The notes below the pieces were generated by a model, which saw only the letters and a list, made by a program, of their open reading frames with translations, was not told the origin of the DNA and ran no database searches. From Ionaspis alba (lineage: Eukaryota): a stretch of 32,989 nucleotides of DNA. The stretch's first letter is position 1. Every line of letters begins with the position of its first letter. Positions 1 through 12,569 of this stretch are shown here, in pieces. The position numbers were made by a program, and so were the translations under genes. Where the stretch lies: positions 1 through 32,989 of the forward strand of contig CAXUUL010000096.1 in assembly GCA_964255285.1 (NCBI GenBank), read 5' to 3'.

Positions 1-189
1 TATTCCGATTGTCAGAGAACGTATGGTGGACTTTTTTTTACAAGGCACCAACTATTGGCTTACAAATCCAACGAGACCCCTAACTACAATGTTTTTCTAG
101 CCTGAGAAGCCCAATATTCATTCGCTCGATCGCTTCGTCTCGTGGAAGAAATTGTTCAAAGTAGGGTTCCTCGACACCAGTATCACCTG

Positions 190-229
190 CATCATCATCA
201 CCGTCGTTATCATTATCATCACCGTCGTC
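190..229. repeat. Imperfect 21-bp tandem duplication in a (TCA)n-rich stretch
   Basis: atcatcaccgtcgt occurs at 194-207 and 215-228 (period 21), just upstream of the amidohydrolase ATG. Confidence 0.6.
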
Positions 230-253
230 AATGCCGCTGCATGACAATTGTGC

Positions 254-1522
254 ATGATGACTCATACCTCTCTCAAAGATCTCATTGACCGTGCACGACC
301 TCCTCAGAAGCCTTACGAAGAGCTTCGCGCCTATCTCCATTCTCATCCCGAGCTCTCAGAGCAAGAGTCAAACACCGCTGCTACAATCGCATCCCGCTTG
401 CGTGACCTCCACGCTTATGAAATTCATGAGCATATCGGGGGGCATGGCCTCGCTGCTGTTCTCAAAAACGGCCAAGGAAAGACTGTTTTGTTGCGTGCAG
501 ACTTCGATGCCCTTCCCGTCCTCGAGCAGACCGGATTGCCTTACGCAAGTAAAGCTACAATGAAGGACTACGATGGGATCATCAAGCCAGTGATGCACGC
601 CTGCGGTCACGATATCCATGTCACCTGTCTTCTTGCGGCTGCGGAGATGTTGGTCAAAATGCGAGATGCCTGGAAGGGAACGCTGCTCCTCGTTTTTCAA
701 CCCGCCGAGGAGCGAGGAAGCGGTGCAAAGAGCATGGTCGACGAAGGGCTCTACGAAAAAGTCCCCGTTCCGGATATCGTATTTGGTCAGCATGTCATGG
801 CCAATCGTGCTGGGGTTATAGGATGCCGGGTCGGCACTATGATGGCCGCATCCGACAGCAGGAAGATCACCATGTACGGTCGGGGTGGGCATGCCTCGAT
901 GCCAAATCGGACCATCGACCCGGTCGTGATGGCCGCTTCTACCGTCATGCGGCTGCAGACCGTCGTAAGTCGCGAAACGGATCCGAGCGACATGGCCGTG
1001 GTCACCGTGGGGAGCATGCAGGCTGGACAGACGGAGAACGTGATTGCTTCCAACGCGGAGTTGTTGGTCAACGTGCGGACGATAGACCTCGAGACCCGGA
1101 GAAAGGTACTCGCGTCCATTGAGCGTATCGTGAAAGCGGAAAGCGATGCCAGTGGTGCTGAATCACCACCTTCAATCGTTACAACCTCTTCCTTCCCAGC
1201 GACTGTCAACGACGATGCCATCACAGCCAAGCTGCAGCATTCCTTCGGCCTTTTCTTTGGATCTGATTTCGACTCCGATATGCCTCGAACCAATGGGAGC
1301 GAAGACTTCTCCTACTTGGGAACTTCAATCGGCAAGCCGTGCTGCTTTTGGCTCATCGGTGGCACAGATCCAGAAAAGTGGGACGATGCAGAGAAAAAGG
1401 GGCGGTTGACAGAGGACATACCCGTCAATCACTCGCCCTTTTTTGCACCAGTCATGCAGCCTACACTCCGAGTTGGAATGGATGCCATGGCTCTTGCTGC
1501 CATGACTTTCCTTACAGGATAA
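254..1522 (+). CDS. M20 family (Acy1/HipO-like) metal-dependent amidohydrolase, intronless
   Basis: Motifs LHSHPELSEQE, LRADFDALP, MHACGHD, FQPAEE, GRGGHAS, GSEDF, NHSPFF. First ATG at 254 (or 257); in-frame TGA at 242-244 upstream; TAA at 1520-1522. Confidence 0.92.
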   Translation: MMTHTSLKDLIDRARPPQKPYEELRAYLHSHPELSEQESNTAATIASRLRDLHAYEIHEHIGGHGLAAVLKNGQGKTVLLRADFDALPVLEQTGLPYASKATMKDYDGIIKPVMHACGHDIHVTCLLAAAEMLVKMRDAWKGTLLLVFQPAEERGSGAKSMVDEGLYEKVPVPDIVFGQHVMANRAGVIGCRVGTMMAASDSRKITMYGRGGHASMPNRTIDPVVMAASTVMRLQTVVSRETDPSDMAVVTVGSMQAGQTENVIASNAELLVNVRTIDLETRRKVLASIERIVKAESDASGAESPPSIVTTSSFPATVNDDAITAKLQHSFGLFFGSDFDSDMPRTNGSEDFSYLGTSIGKPCCFWLIGGTDPEKWDDAEKKGRLTEDIPVNHSPFFAPVMQPTLRVGMDAMALAAMTFLTG

Positions 1523-2191
1523 GAAGTAACGTGATGTATGCTTCGATGGCGAGATGACTTGTAGATTCTGATTCTGGTGTTGTGGAGCCCAAAATCAATG
1601 TATACCTACTATTACATCGAATATCTAAATTTTGTCACTTCAGCTTTCCAGCAACCCTTTTTGTTAATAGGCACCACAAGTTGAATACTGCAAAGTGCCT
1701 TCATGCTGACGATTTACCGAACATCTTCACAAAGGATATGCTGCGAATTAACGCTCGAGCGAGAGACTGGGAATATTAGGTTCAGTAGAGATCTGTGCGA
1801 CTGGATTCACGGGAAGAACTTCTTCTATAGGCAATTCCGAGATCACCTGCAATTTTACAGAATTGATTGAGCCGCTCTACCTAGATAGCTGATGGAGACT
1901 CGTTAACAAGCCCAATTGATGGAGACCGACGGGCCGCTGACCTTCTCCCAAGCATGGGACGCAGGCGGGCAGCGATAAATCTAGTCAGCATATTAGAGTC
2001 CAGTGTTCAACAACCCGAACAATCAAACTCGAAACACGATTAGAGGGTAGATCGGATGGAACAATGATACCAGAAAGCCGTAACATGACATGCGACAGCC
2101 ATAACGCTACCTTGTCCACGGCTTGAATCTGCTTTTAGCCACGGCGCCTTTGTCTCTGCTTCCGACGAGCGAACAAATGAAGCCCAGATCC

Positions 2192-4487
2192 TCATCCAGT
2201 CCTGTTCAATTGCTCATGAGTGTCGGGGCATGACCCAGTTATTCCGATTGTCCTGTCTCTTGTGGCAGTCCCTCCGGATCCTTTGACAGTCCGAACAACA
2301 TTCTTTGTAACAATAGATACCGTCCTGGCCTTGTTCTGCTTGACCAAGGTCTCCTTGGAACCGCGACGCTGTTCCAGCGTCAGGGCAATAGGCTTTCCGA
2401 ACCCGCTATTGGCTTCTGGAACGGGCCGTACTGTGTCATTGCCTTGTAGAGATCTTCTAGAGGATTTTTTAACGATTCTTGTGGTTTTTGCAGTGAAGGA
2501 GATGGAAGCTCTTGGCTTTATGACTTGGCCGGAAGCCAAAGATCTTACACTTCTCACCGCTGATCTGACCGAAGAAGGCATTCCGAACTTGCGGCGCTCG
2601 CTTGCAACCTTCTCCGGAGTGTTCCCGACAGCTTCTTGAAGCTTTCTCTTGGAGCTATTATGGACCAATGGCTGGAGTACATCCTTGATCTCCTTGCCTT
2701 TGGGTTTGGGACCCAACACACCACGGCAGGACGCTGTCCCACATCGACATTCCTGAATGTTCTTGCTCGAGAAGGGACTATGTGGCTCATCAGCCTTATA
2801 CTTCGGGAAAATACTTGGTCGGTAGCCATACTCGAAATTGTAATCGTACGTCAACTCTTCGCCCGTCATGATACCTCGTTCTCCGGCGAACAGTGCCATC
2901 CGTGGTTTACCCTCGACAGTCCACTTGATCATCTTGCAATTTGGCTCACAAGAATGATTGACGAACCGGGCTATGGAGCCTCGCGTGGCATCGCAGATCA
3001 TGTTCTGATCAAACACCATAAGGTAAAAGCACTAAGTGCGGTCAGAGGAAGGATCAAGATGCTCGGGACAGACAAACCTCGTTGTCTTTGTACGTATTCC
3101 TCATTCGGTAATCACACTCATCTTGAGTGATGATCTCTCCGGTATACTCGACAATGATCTGATTCGGCTCGAAAGTTCGATTGCTGCGGACACCATAACC
3201 GCGATCAATTGTCTTGATCACTTCCACACCGATATTGTATTTCCCCCCAGCTTTGCAGCGCTGTCGCAGAGCGGCAAAGCTTCGATTTGTACAAAACTCT
3301 GGTCCAATACCGCAATTTTCATCATCGCATTCATAGAACATGAAACGATTGAAGCAACCGTCATCGCAGCCAGATTCCGGTGTGCAGATGCAGACGGAGA
3401 GCTCAGAACGTTTAGAACTCCTCCAACAATCCGCGGCGTCACCAACGAAGACATCTGCGATTGACACGTCAGCTCAGCTTGATATCCTGAAACCCAGTAA
3501 CCTACTTTTACGTGTCTTTTTCCATTCCTCGGGCTTTGGCTGCCCGGGAGGCAAAGGTGAAAATACATCAAACGGTAAGTGGAAGTCTCTCCCAATTTCA
3601 AGTGTACGTTGACCAGCAAACATTGGCAGAGGTAGAATCGAACGCTGGCGTTCTGCAGCCTTGCCGCCATGCTTCAACTTGTTCTTGGTTTCCGTGAGCC
3701 TCGCGTCAAAGTCCCGCTGCTGACCAACGTAAAGACCTTGGGAGAGCCAAATCTTAGCCCTCGGTTTGTTGTTGAGCCTGGACTTGGGTAAGGACGGTGA
3801 GCTCTCAATGACTGTTGAGGTCCGTCTCCTTTTAGCCGCTAGATTTCCAAAATCGTCCCGGTTGGACTCTGTCAAGTCCGTCTTTCGTGGTCTTAAGCTC
3901 GTCTTTTCACTCAAGCCCTGAAGCTCCTCCTTCCCCATCTCTATAGTCTCTCTTCCTCGCTTGCTAAGCACAGTCTTTGTCTTCTCGAGGAGGATCGATG
4001 CACGCTCGAGCATATCTAGACGCGTAGACTTTCGGCGTATCAGTGGTTCTGAAGTACAGGGTGAGTCCTGCGGGTTATTCTGCACCGAGAGTGCGTCGAC
4101 CTTCCAATCCAGGTTCGATGCCTCTATGCTATTGAACCCGAGTTCCGTTTGTAGAATTTCGCTATCGGGAACCAATGTCTCCCCTGAAACGTTCCTGCTG
4201 CCTCTCTTGGAGCTTGGTCGGCGAGGCGTACGACGGGCGCTTCCTGAAAGGATGGCCTCGTTATAGGTGCCAGCTTTGGGGCGAACGCGTCTCACGCGTA
4301 CGTTCATCTCTAGCACCTCCTTAATCTTATTGACATCTATGCATGGCTCGCTGGCCCTGCCAATCATATTTATCGGGGGAGTGGTCGACGGAGCAGCTGA
4401 GCCATTCGATCTCCCTTGTTTTGTCACCTCGAAGCAGGACAGTGCGGACGCGGAGGAGCCAGAGCGCGATATGCTTTGTCGGACCAT
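2192..4487 (-). CDS. ASH1: ASH1-like histone H3K36 methyltransferase (AWS-SET-post-SET); exons 4487-3506, 3454-3078, 3031-2832, 2777-2192 (~714 aa)
   Basis: Motifs WLSQGLYVGQ, RDFHLPFDVFSPLP, AWS cysteines (CICTPESGCDDGCFNR), SET (RGYGVRSNR, EYTGEII, DATRGSIARFVNHSCEPNC, EELTYDYNF) and post-SET CRCGTASCRGVL. Three GT-AG introns join these in frame (2145 nt total). Confidence 0.9.
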
Positions 4488-5011
4488 ATCAAAGGTGGTC
4501 GGACAGGTCGTAAAAAAAATTGGGACAAGAATACGTACTGCTTTGTGATTGTGCAGTATGTGAAATGTCGTATTGAACGAAGCACAATGTAAAGCTTGGA
4601 TTCCCCAGCATAGAGTACATATGTAGCCTTGCACCAGTAGTGATAGTGTGAGAGAGGGCCGCTGAGTTGTGATAGGAAGAGCCTAAAGGCGCGTCCTGTT
4701 GGTTTATATTGCTACCTCGCTTGATGCTCCCCTGCGTCGTCAACAAGACCTCGTGCAACCAATCAGATCGGATTGATCCGTTCAACATTCCACAATCATC
4801 CGGTTGCCGTCCATAACAACAAGTTCTTCAAAGCTTGACATCTACAGAGCAGCGGTGACAGGATTTGTTTATTGGTTGAACTCTGTCATAATCTATAAAT
4901 ATGGTGTAGATATGAATATACGAGTGACTAATAATACTGAAACGCGGCAAAGGTGAGGAGCCAGGAGAACGGCGAGAATTGGGCCAGGCTTAATTCAAGA
5001 AGCGGAACGCA

Positions 5012-7085
5012 CTATGGCGGGAGGCCTTGGAATGAAGGGCTCCCTGTGCCGACTCGCTGCATTTCCATCTCACCACCACATTGGTTAGTGAAAGCATTCT
5101 GTCGGCCCTTCCCCCTTCGAGATCCAAATCTCTGGTCGCCTTCGACAAACACGTCCTTGAAGCCTAGGTAAGTGAGAGGGCGAGGTCTCATGAGCACAGT
5201 CATCCAATTCTTGAAGAGGCTACCCTGATCAAATGGCCGAGCTCGCTCACTTCTGAGAAGTTTATGGGAGTTGAGGTATTCTCGGGTTGTCTCCCCACGT
5301 CCCATAAGAAACAGATGATAGCCGGTGAGGCAAGCTGGATATCCTGACACTAGAATTCCATATATAAACATGGCGAACGTAACACGCCAGGACTCGATAG
5401 CCTCTTTGAAGGTCAAGTCTTCCGCAAATTGGTAGTGGAGGCAGTGTCCGAGACTTGCGAACGTTAACATTAGTCCTAGCAAGGTCCCGGAACTCACAAA
5501 GGTAAAGAAATATCGGTAGTTCCGTCGGCCAACGCAGTTGTTCAGCCATACACAATGATGATCTTGGGTCTCAACACAGTTGTCACAGATCCGACAATGA
5601 TGCCCCCTTGGCGGCCGCCAGGTGTTGCAGGACTTGCAGAACTTGGTGGAAATCTCAACGGGGTCCTTGCTTAAGCCAGTGGGTTTGATCAGTGCCCAGT
5701 CGTGCATTATCGGGCCAAGAGTCAGTGGGTCGTCGTGATCGTCTGGCAGAGGTTGAACGTGAAGGTTGCGAGGAAGAATCTTCTTATAAATTAGCGCTTG
5801 AGAATCTCAAAGACAGAGCACGAGTAGGCGTACTCCTGGGTCTGAAAGGGATGCGTGGATGAATGAGGAAATGCAAATGAAGAAGATATATGCAAAGAAG
5901 ATCGGCAGCGCTGGCGAGATATTCTTCCAGTAGTAGGGGGCCCTATCGAGTGTAAGTATTGATTAACGTGGATGAGCAATCAAATAAAGACGGGCATTCT
6001 TACGAGTAAACTAGAAATAGTGTGGCTGGTAGTATGACCAAGATCCCAGTGGCAATATTTACAGGTCTGTCACGTGTATTTTGTAGTCGTCCACCCCAGC
6101 AGAACACTGTATTTCCCAGGAAGTATTCGTGATTTCTAGCTGAGGATGAATTCCCTTTACCCTTGGTCTTCTCTTGTATGAGCTGAGATGATGCTGCACC
6201 TGAAGATATCCTTTGATGATGCTGAGTGTTGATGCGGGGACGAGCTGGCGAAGTCCTCCTAGAGGACGGTAATAGAAAGCTTGACCGGAAAGAACCTGTC
6301 GATTTCGGCCCATGTGCACCAACACCAAGGTGGCGCTGGTCGGGCTGGTCGAGATGAACGTATGGGGGCTTAGGATAGATCGAATTCGAGTGCCGCAGCG
6401 CTCTCGTGCTTTCGCCAGCCCTCCGGACTGTAGCATGACCGGTGGGGCTAACATCAATAGAAGCTCGATCCCTTCGATCATGCTCTGTAAACTCTGTACC
6501 TCGAGATGGGGGTGGAAGACTATCATCTTGTCGCTCGGGTATCGTCATTCGATTCGAGCCTATACTGTGTCTATTACCCTCGCTGGCAGAGTACTGGTTA
6601 GTTGCCTCTATGTGTCCCGAAGTACGGGGCTTTGCACCTCGCTGTGCCTGCAATTTCTGCGAACTCATCGGACGAAAAAATGCGTAGGAAGCGATTGATG
6701 GGACGTGCGTTCTGCTCGTCCGGCTGGTTGCAGTCTGCGGTCTACTCGTGTTCAACATTGATAGCCCCGGACCGCCGAACGTGTTCACGGCTTTGCGAGA
6801 CTCCGACACTCCAGAGCCAAGAGTCCCGCGACGAGCAGGCGACGATCGATTTGCCGCCTCCTGCTGAGAGGGGACTGACGCAAGAGTTCCTCGTGAGCCG
6901 ATGCGTCCTTTCGATTGAGCTGAGGCTGCACCCTCGGGGTAATAGTCGCCATCATCGGAAGCGATATCGGTCATGCGTGAGGATATAATGCTGGGAGCGC
7001 GACGCGAATCTGGTGTCTTCTGCGCTGCTGAGGAGGAAGCATTTGCCGGCGTTCGAGGAGGACCTTCTGATCCAGTGCCACTCAT
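5012..7085 (-). CDS. ERF2: DHHC palmitoyltransferase Erf2; exons 7085-6004, 5942-5834, 5779-5012 (~652 aa)
   Basis: Cys-rich domain KFCKSCNTWRPPRGHHCRICDNCVETQDHHCVWLNNCVGRRNYRYF; DPG|ILPRNLH across intron 2; TTREYLN; NHEYFLGNTVFCWGGRLQN; long S/R-rich N-terminus. Confidence 0.93.
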
Positions 7086-7741
7086 GGTCCTCTATCCACG
7101 AAGCGCTGGGCAGGAAGGTTGTTGAAGTTCAAGACATGAGGAAAGAGGTCCTATTGCTGTCTATACGAATAGTGAGTAGACAAGACAAACTGTCTTGTAA
7201 TGGGTAGTAGTGGTAAAAGGAGAGTGACCGGCTCCTCGAATTATACGAGGAAGAAAGTAGTAAGAAGTCAAGCGGTCGATGAATAGAGAATGACTGACAT
7301 GTCCTCTTGGCCAGCACTACGGTAGCACTCTAGAGTGTACAGACTGACAATGCATGGGTGGAGAGTTTTCAGCGAACATGTCGGTATGTGTTGCTTTGAA
7401 TTGACGGACTCCCAGGGGTTTATTTTCTGGCGATGGAGTTTGGTACGTGCTTGAAGCCACTTTCGGTCGTCTTAGTGCCTTTCCAGGATCCAGACACTAC
7501 TACCCGCGATAGAATACAGTATAGTATTACCATACTCGTATGTTACACGTCCAAGGAGTAGAGTTCTCCCAATCCAGACTCCACCGTTGATGTCAGGTGA
7601 CCATCTTCCCATAGCCACTGCAGTACAAAGACCACCACTATTACTACACTCAGATTCATCTCATACCGGGTCACTAAACGTGACACCATTGCAACCAAAT
7701 AACCCTCTTTCTTAGCGTACGTGTTGGACACTGCTCTCAAC

Positions 7742-8385
7742 ATGTCAGCAGTTGCTGGTCGCGCAGCCAGCAAAGTCGGTCAAGCTGCAACCAAAGCTGC
7801 TGGGAAAGCTGCTGAGTCCGGATCGCCAGGCAAGAAGCAAAGCGTTCTACAGAAAGGAGCACGGAAGGACCCCGAGCTCTACGTATATGACTCGAGACTC
7901 ATTACCCATTCGTCTGCAGTGGCGGTAGGCTGATAATGTTGCCCATCAGATTCTCCTTGCAATCATGTCTGGCGCCTTTGGTTTGGTGGGATTCCACTTT
8001 GGTAAATAGCCCTTACCAGCTCAGTGTGACACCTCAGGCTGCGAGATTACGACACTGACGATCCTTCTAACAGGCCGCAAACCCACATCGGCTTCATCGG
8101 AAGTAAAGGTCAGTATGGCGGAAGGGACTATGCCCTGGCAAGTGGAAAGTTCCAAAGGCAACAATCCCGACGAGCATTTCAAGTATCAATACCATCCTGG
8201 AGGGGATAGGTCCAAAGCTCCTAAAGATGCACCCAGTGCTCTGAACAGCGTCATCGTACCGAATGTGAACCTGCCTAAAGTATGTCCGTCACTGATCTTC
8301 CACATTTCGGACAGCCGCATTACTAATAGTAGCCGTCTAGTCACTGCACGAGAAATACAACAAGTGGGGAAAGGATGGATACTGA
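7742..8385 (+). CDS. Small conserved fungal single-TM protein, probably mitochondrial; exons 7742-7882, 7950-8001, 8074-8279, 8341-8385 (147 aa)
   Basis: Three canonical GT-AG introns give MSAVAGRAASK...ARKDPELY|ILLAIMSGAFGLVGFHF|GRKPTS...MPWQ...HFKYQYHPGGD...NVNLPK|SLHEKYNKWGKDGY*. N-terminus is A/K/S-rich with few acidic residues; one hydrophobic segment. Confidence 0.85.
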
Positions 8386-8680
8386 GAGTTATAGATATGG
8401 ATATGGTCTCTAAGCGGCCGCAGTTTGTGCAAGGTTGCATGTACATATGCTCGCTCCTTCGAATGTTAGAGCTTTTCAAATTAGGCTGCCAGGGTCGGTG
8501 AATTCTGGAGACATGGGTCATTAAATCTACATTTCACCTTGAGTCTCGATGTCTCCCGTTCCACGACTCGGCGCTGACGATGCACGCTGCTAATGGCGAT
8601 CTCATGCAATCCGTATAATCAGTCAACAACATATCTCGCTAGTACCAACGGTTACAGATATGTTCTACTTACCCTCTTTG

Positions 8681-11600
8681 CTACTTGGTTGCCTCCCGCG
8701 CTTCACTTGCCGGACGCGGCTGACCACGTTTTGCAGTATCATTGACTGACCTTTCTTTTTCGAGATCCTTACCAGGCGAAACCGTGGCAGGCGCGTCTTT
8801 GCCATCGCTATCTGATGCATTTGATACCGTTTCAGGCTCTCTTTCCACGTCCGGATGGGGTGGGGCGAATCCTTCGGCTCCAGGTGTTCCATCGGCAATT
8901 TCATTCCCAGCAGCGTCAAGCACTCTCGTTCTTGTCTCATATCTGGTCGAGAACGACACCTTTCCCTCCAAAGACTTCACTTGCTCCTCATTGAGAAGAT
9001 TGCCGTCCTGATCGCGATACTCAACCTTCTCCTCTCGGCTGAGTACGGATCCTGGGGCTTGAGCCTGCGGGGTGACTACGGCCTCACTAACGGGAATTTG
9101 GCTCTCAATCACAACGTCAGCTGGTGGAGGGACTGCAGCCGAAGGGGCTGCAGTCTGTTCTCCACTTGGTATCACAGCCACGTTCGCCGAATATTGATTC
9201 AACTGGATCATTTAGTGAGTACTGGATTGAGCGATAGAATGGACGTTACGGCGCAATACTTACGTCTGTATGAAAGGTGTTGCAATCCCAATCCCACTTG
9301 TCAAAGAGCTTGACTTTCCTGCAGGCATCTTGCGTCCACGGATTGCCATAAGACAATGGTGCATACATAGTGAAAGCAACAATACTGACCGCAAGGAACG
9401 CAGCAATACCCCCTTTCCCTATCATGGGCCTCTCCCTTAGACCGATGCCGGTGATACGAGTGGTGAGATGATCATAAATCTGACATAACGTCATGATAGC
9501 GAAGTAAAGGGCAGGGAAGTAGTGATGGAGAAAGAGCTGGCGTTGCATGAGAAAGAAAGGGAAGTAATGGAAGAACCATCCTAGTACGGAGGTACCAATT
9601 TCGTAATCAAACCGCTTGAAAGTGGTATTGTCGTAGTCCTGATATCCACGCTGCCATCGAAGTACTGATAGTGCCTTGAAGATGAGATAGATGGCTATAG
9701 CCGCTGTGGACGACCACCAGATGATCGGGTTGCCAATGAGATATATTTGCCGATGGTCTTTGCCCCAGAAATTGATTCCACGACGCAGAAAAGGCCACGA
9801 GGGTGGCCGAGAGTCCCAGGCGTGGGATTCCACCAAGCCGGCATTGGTCGTCCACATGACTTTTTGTAGCTCCCAAAATTTGCCCAGAAAGCCTGGATTG
9901 CGGTAATTGACTCGCTCTGCGTCCGCACCGAGCATTGGGTGCTCGTTCTGCTCTACATACCAGATGCTGTTTGGCAGTGTGCCTTGCTTTGCGCAGGTGA
10001 CTTCCTGTTGTTCGAAAGCCCAATCCGGGAGCTTGACCTTGTGAGAGAAAAGACTGCATCCGGTCATGACATGGACGAGCTTGAACTTCGTCTGAATGGT
10101 ACGTAGACGGGTCTTTGCTTGGACACCATCGCACAGCGATTTTACTATCTCCACTCTAAATAGATCGTTTGCATCTCCCTCAAAGCCTTCATAGCCATAA
10201 GCGGAGACTTCGTTCTGCCAATCTGCTTCCGTGATCGGAGGTCGAACGTCATGAGAGTGGAGGCGGCGATCGGTCGTGACGTGGTACAAGCGCAGAATGG
10301 CACCATCTAGGATCAATGTGGGATCCAAGGTGTCCCAGGCTTTTGGTCCCGCGATCGGTCCTGTCAAGCCTTCGGGTTGTGTCTGATTTTCGAGCAACCA
10401 GACGTTATTCTCGTCCTTGTGTGGATAGAGAGTGATCTGCTGCTGCTTGCTTCCGGTTGGATACATGTGATTATGGGAGTGTAAGTATCCTCCTTGGGTG
10501 TTGTGGTGTCTGAAACTGACCCTGCTGCCTAGTACAACATCGACGGGAACGTCATGCATAGACTTGGTATTGAGTGTGGCCTGGAACTCGGAAGACATGA
10601 AACCATCGCCATCACCAGGATTTACAAGGCAGACGAAATGTATAGCAAACAGAGCCATGTAGAAGGCGATCGGAATGAGTACCAGACAAAATACGCGTGC
10701 AAGGAAATGCTTGAACCACAGACGCTGGACCACGAATTAGCAGCTAATCTAGGACTTTTCGACTCGTTTTGGGGCACTCACAGGAGTCACAGTATTGGTG
10801 TCTCCCAACAGAACCCATAGTTGTGTTATTGTCAAACTTCCCACCCAAGCTATGGTAAAGAGTCCGACCCATTTAACGCTGACAGTGGCGCCCAGACCGA
10901 GCCCGGTAGCAGCCAGCCAAAACCACCAACTGGGATCGAAGGCCTTGGCAGGACCTTGCTCGTGCTGGTTGGTAAAGCAGGTCCACGCCAATGCGGTGAA
11001 GGCGGTGAAGATGATCAAGGGGGAGTCGAGGAGGATGAGACGAGACTGCGTGAGCAACCCATTCTCTATGACGAGACATCAGCTTGAGATATCTTGCGGT
11101 CACTCAAGATATCTTACCAAAAATGAGCAGCCCAGCACCCATGGCTGCAGTCGTTGTGCGACAACCAGCAGCCTTAAGAGTCAAGAATATTGTTGGCACA
11201 GTCATCACACCCATCAATGCAGGCAAGAGACGCATAGCGACATATGGGACCCCAGGCTCGATGTAATCCTTGCCGATGTCCTTAAAATCAAAGTCGCCAT
11301 TGAAGCCAGCGAGCCAACCAGCCAATGTGATGAGTAGTTTAGCCAATGGAGGATGGACATCCATGAAGAATCTGCCCTTGATATATTTAGAGGCAAATCC
11401 GCCAAAACTTCGATACACAATCAGTAAATGTTGCCAGACTTGAAGTTCTGGCATCCATGGACACTCACTGGACTTCATCAAACACAACGCTGCTTGGCTG
11501 ATAGATCCTGAATAGCCGTACAACGGCGGCTAGAATGGTGAGAGTCAACAGCAGTTGCAAGTCAGACCCTGGGAGCAGAAATATGTCATTGTCCGTGACC

Positions 11601-11713
11601 CCTTGAGAAGTGTAATCGGTATGTTTCTGTTGGGCATCCTTCTCAGGGACCTTGGGCACTCTTGTCTCGCTGCCCGTTCGTAAATTTTCCCTCGCGTATG
11701 ATTTTGAAGCCAT
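8681..11713 (-). CDS. PMT1: Dolichyl-phosphate-mannose:protein O-mannosyltransferase, PMT1 subfamily; exons 11713-11469, 11407-11118, 11065-10782, 10724-9264, 9202-8681 (~933 aa)
   Basis: VVFDEVH|FGGFA (catalytic DE motif), FFMDVHPPLAKL, MIR-domain YLHSH/RLHSH, PTGSKQQQITLYPHKDENN, RQLFLHHYFPALYF. Four GT-AG introns, 2802 nt in frame. Confidence 0.94.
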
Positions 11714-12569
11714 AGTAACGCAACGAAAGGGAGTTGTGGGTATTCGGGTCTAACAGTCTTCAAGAGGCGCGATGTAGTTCGGGGAAAAGAACTCTGCAAG
11801 GAAAGTAATGGCGTCTGCCTCTCTGTGCAAGGACAGGGGAAATGGTGGGTATGAGAAATTAGGAGTATAAAGGAGAGTCGCGAAAAGAGAGCGAGAGCTA
11901 TCACGGGCTCAGATAGCTAAACTGGAGCCATGTAATACCGTAAGGAGAAGTCAACCTGCTCTGAGAGTCAGCAAAGGCGCTGCAGGAAACGCTCACGGGA
12001 TGTTATGGTTGCTGGTCGAATGTGATTAATTGTCCTTTGGGATACTGCGTCTTCTCTGCGCCGCTTTGCTGGGTGAGGAAGAGCTAGCTTCAAGGGGGCG
12101 GCGGTAAGGGTGAGTTAATTCGGAAAATCCCTGCATTGGCATATGCTACCAGTCCTGAGCCTCGGCCCAGGCACGCTAGTGAGAAATAATTCGTTACGTG
12201 GTATTCATACATCTTTCGAACAAGCACTCCCATATGTGCCACCACTCCAATGTCTGCATCCACCACCTCCTCCTCCTAGGAATACCTTGATACTTGTAGC
12301 GACTATTGCGAGGGGATCACCTAGCACTCTGCAAAACTCATACGTCGTCCTCGCCGCGCAACCAAAACCACATCGCAAGACTTCGCGGCTAACACTCCTG
12401 ACCATTTCTGCCAATGCTCAAATTGACTTCCCAGAGTGTTTATTGAAAGCATACGATCACGTTTGGTCCTTTCTCCGTAGCCGTCCAGTCCGTCTGGAGC
12501 ATATTGATATAACTGGATCACTTCATCATTTGCGCTCGCTGTCTTTCGTCAGCTGTCTCATCCGCCTTC

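Noticed and set aside
80..346. Minus-strand 88-aa ORF with a poly-Asp run
   Set aside because: The acidic run derives from the (TCA)n repeat, and the ORF overlaps the amidohydrolase antisense; no other support.
254..1522. Horizontal transfer of the intronless, bacterial-like M20 amidohydrolase
   Set aside because: This subfamily is widespread in filamentous fungi, composition looks like the neighbours, and lack of introns alone is not evidence. A phylogeny would be required.
1861..1926. Repeated tgatggagac words (1890, 1917) suggesting a CRISPR-like or snoRNA feature
   Set aside because: Only two 10-nt matches in a convergent 3' region; no array and no proper C/D boxes.
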